Made by a program: the position numbers and the translations under genes
Notes under the pieces: model-generated
The model's database searches: none
What the model was told of the DNA's origin: nothing
Seen by the model: only the letters and a program-made list of their open reading frames with translations
Shown: in pieces, positions 59,719 to 64,000 of the stretch
How the letters are laid out: each line of letters begins with the position of its first letter
Position numbering within the stretch: position 1 is the first letter of the stretch
DNA from: Pseudomonadota bacterium
GTDB lineage: Bacteria; Pseudomonadota; Gammaproteobacteria; Pseudomonadales; Halomonadaceae
Assembly (NCBI GenBank): GCA_051750125.1
Contig: JBNJJK010000012.1
Location: forward strand, 656-64,655
DNA length: 64,000 bases
Direction of reading: 5' to 3'

Positions 59719-59824
59719 GGCAGGTCTCTTGAAGCGGGCGGCATTAAAGCGGGCGCCATTGTAACGTAAAAAAGCGCGCCCTGGTGGAGAACCAGGGCGC
59801 GCTGCGTCATGACGTCAACGGCGA

Positions 59825-62800
59825 CTAGCTTTCGCTGTCGCTTTCCGCCAGGTCGACCAGCTCACGAATGGCGACGGCGAACAATGCAAAGCCGCCTTCG
59901 CTGCCACCAGGCACCTCGTCGATAAGGCGGCACCAGCGGCGATGCAGGTCCGCATGCTGCTCCAGCCACTGGGCAACCCGCTCCTGGGTATCGCGGCTGC
60001 CCGCTTCCAGCTTGAGCACACTGGTGGTCAGCGCCAACTGCTGGCGATCGATGTCGTCGCGGAAGGTTTCCCGCGCCTGGGCCTGCCAGGCGTCGCGCAC
60101 CTCTAGCTGGGTGACCTGCTGGATCATCCAGGGCAGCTCGAGGCGGCTGCCAATCTCGTAGAACACCTCGGCCACCCGCTGGGGTTTCTCGTTGGTGGAC
60201 CGCGCCGCCTGGATGATACCGAGACCCGCATACAGGCTGGGCGCCGCGGCCACGGTCGACGCCAGGGCGTCCGGCACACCGGCCTGCTGAAGCTCTTCAA
60301 AGCGCTGCTGCCAGGCGGCCAGCTCTTCGCCGCTGAGCAGCTCGTCGATACCCTCCTGCAGCTGCGACAGGCGGGGGCGGAAGTAGTCAATGGTGTCCTG
60401 GGTCGACAGACCCATGTGCTGACGCAGGAACCAGCGTGTCGCGCGGCGGATCATGCGCATCAGATCGAGCATCATCGCGTACTGCACGCGGTTGGGCACC
60501 TGATTATCCAGCGCTTCCAGCTCGCTCCACAGCGCAGGCAGGTTGAAGCTGTCCCGGGCGACCACGTAAGCACGGGCGATATCCGCCCGGCCGGCCCCGG
60601 TAGAGTCCATCAGCCGACGCACGAAGACGATGCCCATGTGATCGACCAGATCGTTGGCTACCTGGGTAGCGACGATTTCGCGCTTCAGACGGTGGTCGTA
60701 CATTTCGGGCTGGTAGCGCTCGGTCAGCACCGCCGGGAACAGCCGCTCAAGATGGCGATGGATATAGGGGTCGTCGGGCACCTCGGAGGTGATCAGGTCG
60801 CCTTTCAGCGTACTCTTGGCGTAGGAAATCAGCACCGAGAGCTCCGGCAGGCGCATTCCCTGCTGCTGACTGGCGCGCTCCTTGAGCACGTCGTCGGTGG
60901 GCAGGAATTCCAGCTCACGATCGATCTGCCCGGCCGACTCCAGCTCGCTGATGAAGCGCCGGTAAGGGCCCATGCCCTGCTCGGAAAGAATGGCTGAGAG
61001 ATCCAGCGCCTGGGTCTGGCGGTAGTTATCCAGAATCACCAGATCAGCTACCTCGTCGGTCATTTCGGCAAGCAGCTGGTTGCGCTGCTTGTCGGTCATA
61101 TCGCCGCGCTTGACCACTTCATCGATCAGAATCTTGATGTTGACCTCGTGGTCGGAGCAGTTGACGCCCCCGGCGTTGTCGATAAAGTCGGTGTAAACCC
61201 GCACGCCCTTGGCAGCGGCTTCCATCCGTCCCCGCTGGGTCAGGCCCAGGTTACCGCCCTCGCCGACCACGCGGCAGTTGAGGTCATTACCGTTGATGCG
61301 CAGCGCGTCGTTGGCCTTGTCGCCGACGTCTGCATCGGTCTCTTCGGAGCCTTTCACGTAGGTACCGATCCCGCCGTTCCAGATCAGGTCGACCTTGGAG
61401 ACGAGCATCGCGCGGATCAGTTCGTTGGGCGACAGCCGGGGTTCGTCAATGCCAAAAGTGGCACGCATTTCAGGGGTAATGGCAATCGATTTGGCGCTGC
61501 GGCTGAAGATGCCGCCGCCCTCGGAGATCAGCGACTGATCGTAATCCTCCCAGCTGGAGCGCGGCAGGTCGAACAGCCGCTGGCGTTCGGCAAAGGTCGC
61601 CGCGGCATCCGGGGTTGGGTCGACGAAAATGTGCAGGTGGTTGAAGGCGCCCACCAGTTGGATCTTGTCCGACAGCAACATGCCATTGCCGAACACGTCG
61701 CCGGCCATGTCGCCGATGCCAATGACGCTGAACTCGTCGCGCTGGGTGTCCAGGTCCAGGTTCTTGAAGTGGCGTTTCACCGATTCCCAGGCCCCGCGGG
61801 CGGTGATCCCCATCTTCTTGTGGTCGTAGCCATTGGCGCCGCCGGAGGCGAAGGCATCGCCCAGCCAGTGGCCGTACTCCAGCGAGATCTCGTTGGCGAT
61901 ATCCGAGAAGGTGGCGGTGCCCTTGTCGGCGGCGACTACCAGATAGGCGTCGTCTTCGTCGTGGCGCACCACGCTCTCGGGTGGTACCACATCTCCCGCC
62001 ACCAGGTTGTCAGTCACGTCCAGCAGCGCGCGAATGAACAGCTGATAGCAGGCGATGCCCTCTTTCTGCTGGGTTTCACGATCGGCGTTTTCCGGCATGC
62101 GCTTGCAGACGAACCCGCCTTTGGCGCCGACAGGCACGATCACTGCGTTCTTGACCTGCTGCGCCTTGACCAGGCCGAGCACTTCGGTACGGAAATCCTC
62201 GTGACGGTCAGACCAACGCAGCCCCCCGCGCGCCACCTTGCCGCCGCGCAGGTGGACACCCTCGACCCGTGGCGAGCAGACGAAAATCTCGAACGCCGGG
62301 CGCGGCTTGGGCATGCCGGTCACCTTGGAAGGCTCGAGCTTGTAGGCGATATAGTCCTTGGGGCGACCGTTTTCGCTTTGCTGGTAGTAGTTGGTGCGCA
62401 GCGTCGCCTGGATCAGCTCCATGAAACGGCGCAGCAGCTGATCATCGTTGAGGCTGGCGACGGCTTCCAGATGTTCGTGAATGCGCGCCACGCAGTCGCT
62501 GGTGTCGTGGTCGTCCAGGCTGGGGTCGAAGCGCTGCTGGAACAGCTCCACCAGCGTCTGGGTGATCGCCGGGTAATTGGCCAGCGTCGTGGCGATGTAG
62601 TCCTGGGACATGCCGAAGCGGATCTGCTTCAGGTAACGGGCATAGCCGCGCAGCATGGCGACTTCCCGCCAGTCCAGCCCGGCGCCAATGATCAGGCGGT
62701 TGAAGGCGTCGTTATCGGCTTCACCGGCCCAGATTCGCTTGAACGCCTCGCTGAAGGTTTCGCGCATGTCCGACAGGCTGACCTCGGCGCCACTGTGCTC

Positions 62801-64000
62801 AAGCTCGAAATCATGAATCCAGTAGCGCTGCTGGGGACCGTTGATATCGTAGGGACGCTCGCCGATAACCCGCAGGCCGAGGTTTTCCATCATCGGCAGT
62901 ACGTCGGAAAGCGGAATCTGCGTGGCCCGGTGGAACAGCTTCAGGTTGACCCCGCCGCCCTGCTCTTCCAGCGGCCGGTAGAGCGACAGCGAGAGGTCAT
63001 CGCCGCTGTCCAGGGTCAGCAGGTGCTGGATATCGAACACCGCCGTACGCGCGGAAAAATCCTCGCGGTAACTGGCAGAAAACGCTTCGTGGAACTGCTC
63101 CATCAGGAGGTTGGCGCGCTCCTCGCCGAACCCTTCGATCATCGCGGCCTGCAGGTCGTCGCGCCAGCTGCGCGCCAGACGGGCGACCTTGCTTTCCAGG
63201 CGTTTGAGGTCGTACTCGCTGGGGGCGTCGCCGTTGAAGCGCAGAATCAGCTGGATACGCGCCAGTACCGATTCCGACAGGTAGGTGTTGAAGTCGCCAA
63301 AGCGCGCGTCCAGCTCTTCGCACAGCATCTGCTGGATACGTTGACGCAGATCGGTGGAAAACACATCCCGCGGCACAAACACCAGACAGGAATAGAACTT
63401 GCCGCTGACGTCGGCACGAATGAACAGCCGGACCTGGCGACGTTCGCGGATATTGAGAATGCCAAGCGCGGTACTGGCCAGCGCCTCGGTATTCATCTGG
63501 AAGAGATCGTCGCGCGGGTAGACTTCCAGTACCTGCAACAGCTGCTTGCCGTTATGCCCCTGAGGGTTGAAACCGGCGATATCCATCACCGCCTTGAGCT
63601 TGCGGCGCAGCAGCGGAATATTGCGCGGCGACTCGTTGTAAACCGTGGCCGTGAACAACCCAAAGAAACGCCGCTCGCCGATCACATTGCCATGGTCGTC
63701 GTAGCGGTCGACGGTGATGTAATCCGGGTAGGTCGGCCGGTGAACCCGTGAGTGATGGGCGCTTTTGGCAAACGACAGCAGCTGCGGCACCAGCACGTAG
63801 GCGTTGTCTTCGCCGATGCCTTCTTCGGTGCGAATGCGCTCGTGGTAGCGCGGCTGGTCCAGCCGGAAGACCCCCAGCAGGCTATCGGGATCGCGGGTTA
63901 ACTCATCGTCTTTCAGCTGGTACTCGTCGTAGCCAAGGAAGGTGAAGTTATCCTTAAGCAGCCATTCCAGAAAGGCGATGGCTTCCTCGTGGTCGTCGGG
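59825..64000 (-). CDS. gdhB: Large NAD-specific glutamate dehydrogenase, 5'-partial (frame open to the right edge)
   Basis: ARGGLRWSDR, KNAVIVP.GAKGGF, VVAADKGTATFSD, DNAGGVNCSDHE. The upstream 68 codons (PDDHEEAIAFLEWLLKDNFTFLGY...) contain no stop. Confidence 0.96.
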   Translation of the reverse strand, partial: PDDHEEAIAFLEWLLKDNFTFLGYDEYQLKDDELTRDPDSLLGVFRLDQPRYHERIRTEEGIGEDNAYVLVPQLLSFAKSAHHSRVHRPTYPDYITVDRYDDHGNVIGERRFFGLFTATVYNESPRNIPLLRRKLKAVMDIAGFNPQGHNGKQLLQVLEVYPRDDLFQMNTEALASTALGILNIRERRQVRLFIRADVSGKFYSCLVFVPRDVFSTDLRQRIQQMLCEELDARFGDFNTYLSESVLARIQLILRFNGDAPSEYDLKRLESKVARLARSWRDDLQAAMIEGFGEERANLLMEQFHEAFSASYREDFSARTAVFDIQHLLTLDSGDDLSLSLYRPLEEQGGGVNLKLFHRATQIPLSDVLPMMENLGLRVIGERPYDINGPQQRYWIHDFELEHSGAEVSLSDMRETFSEAFKRIWAGEADNDAFNRLIIGAGLDWREVAMLRGYARYLKQIRFGMSQDYIATTLANYPAITQTLVELFQQRFDPSLDDHDTSDCVARIHEHLEAVASLNDDQLLRRFMELIQATLRTNYYQQSENGRPKDYIAYKLEPSKVTGMPKPRPAFEIFVCSPRVEGVHLRGGKVARGGLRWSDRHEDFRTEVLGLVKAQQVKNAVIVPVGAKGGFVCKRMPENADRETQQKEGIACYQLFIRALLDVTDNLVAGDVVPPESVVRHDEDDAYLVVAADKGTATFSDIANEISLEYGHWLGDAFASGGANGYDHKKMGITARGAWESVKRHFKNLDLDTQRDEFSVIGIGDMAGDVFGNGMLLSDKIQLVGAFNHLHIFVDPTPDAAATFAERQRLFDLPRSSWEDYDQSLISEGGGIFSRSAKSIAITPEMRATFGIDEPRLSPNELIRAMLVSKVDLIWNGGIGTYVKGSEETDADVGDKANDALRINGNDLNCRVVGEGGNLGLTQRGRMEAAAKGVRVYTDFIDNAGGVNCSDHEVNIKILIDEVVKRGDMTDKQRNQLLAEMTDEVADLVILDNYRQTQALDLSAILSEQGMGPYRRFISELESAGQIDRELEFLPTDDVLKERASQQQGMRLPELSVLISYAKSTLKGDLITSEVPDDPYIHRHLERLFPAVLTERYQPEMYDHRLKREIVATQVANDLVDHMGIVFVRRLMDSTGAGRADIARAYVVARDSFNLPALWSELEALDNQVPNRVQYAMMLDLMRMIRRATRWFLRQHMGLSTQDTIDYFRPRLSQLQEGIDELLSGEELAAWQQRFEELQQAGVPDALASTVAAAPSLYAGLGIIQAARSTNEKPQRVAEVFYEIGSRLELPWMIQQVTQLEVRDAWQAQARETFRDDIDRQQLALTTSVLKLEAGSRDTQERVAQWLEQHADLHRRWCRLIDEVPGGSEGGFALFAVAIRELVDLAESDSES

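Noticed and set aside
61148-63751. 867-aa plus-strand ORF (and similar long ORFs at 38317-39810, 54640-55245, 55618-56796)
   Set aside because: Antisense shadows of GC-rich core genes (gdhB, lon, pdxB, rlmKL) with no motifs or RBS.

Overview
Chromosomal window from a high-GC gammaproteobacterium; gene order and protein sequences suggest Halomonadaceae (inference). It has two parts. (1) Bases 1 to ~24929 are the right-hand part of a genomic island abutting the 3' end of a tRNA-Ser(GGA) gene; no integrase or second att copy is visible, so the other end lies left of the window. The island backbone carries a diverged P-loop ATPase-like protein, LexA-boxed umuDC, and a DUF932-ERF-YqaJ-RadC recombination/establishment module. 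About 15 kb of cargo follows: a broken IS30, then a dense signalling cluster (three phytochrome-output-type histidine kinases without photosensory domains, two single-domain receivers, two intact GGEEF cyclases, one degenerate-GGDEF/EAL protein) and a 5'-truncated chemoreceptor. The cargo is bracketed by an imperfect 22-bp inverted motif. (2) Bases ~24930-64000 are core genome: queF, yadGH, a tRNA Glu/Gly operon containing two tRNA-Gly-derived structured elements, a sigma54-preceded TRAP transporter plus HpxW-like amidohydrolase, msrB, an Aer-type receptor, lon, the nrdR-rib-nusB-thiL-pgpA operon, a GH13_18 phosphorylase, dsbG, YeeE/YedE genes, ylqF, alaA, htpX, pdxB, rlmKL, rmf, pyrD and a large NAD-glutamate dehydrogenase running off the right edge. 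Strongest leads: the multi-kinase c-di-GMP cargo, the tRNA-derived elements, the ERF/YqaJ module and a putative oxamate-scavenging operon. No database searches were run; all family calls come from motif recognition.
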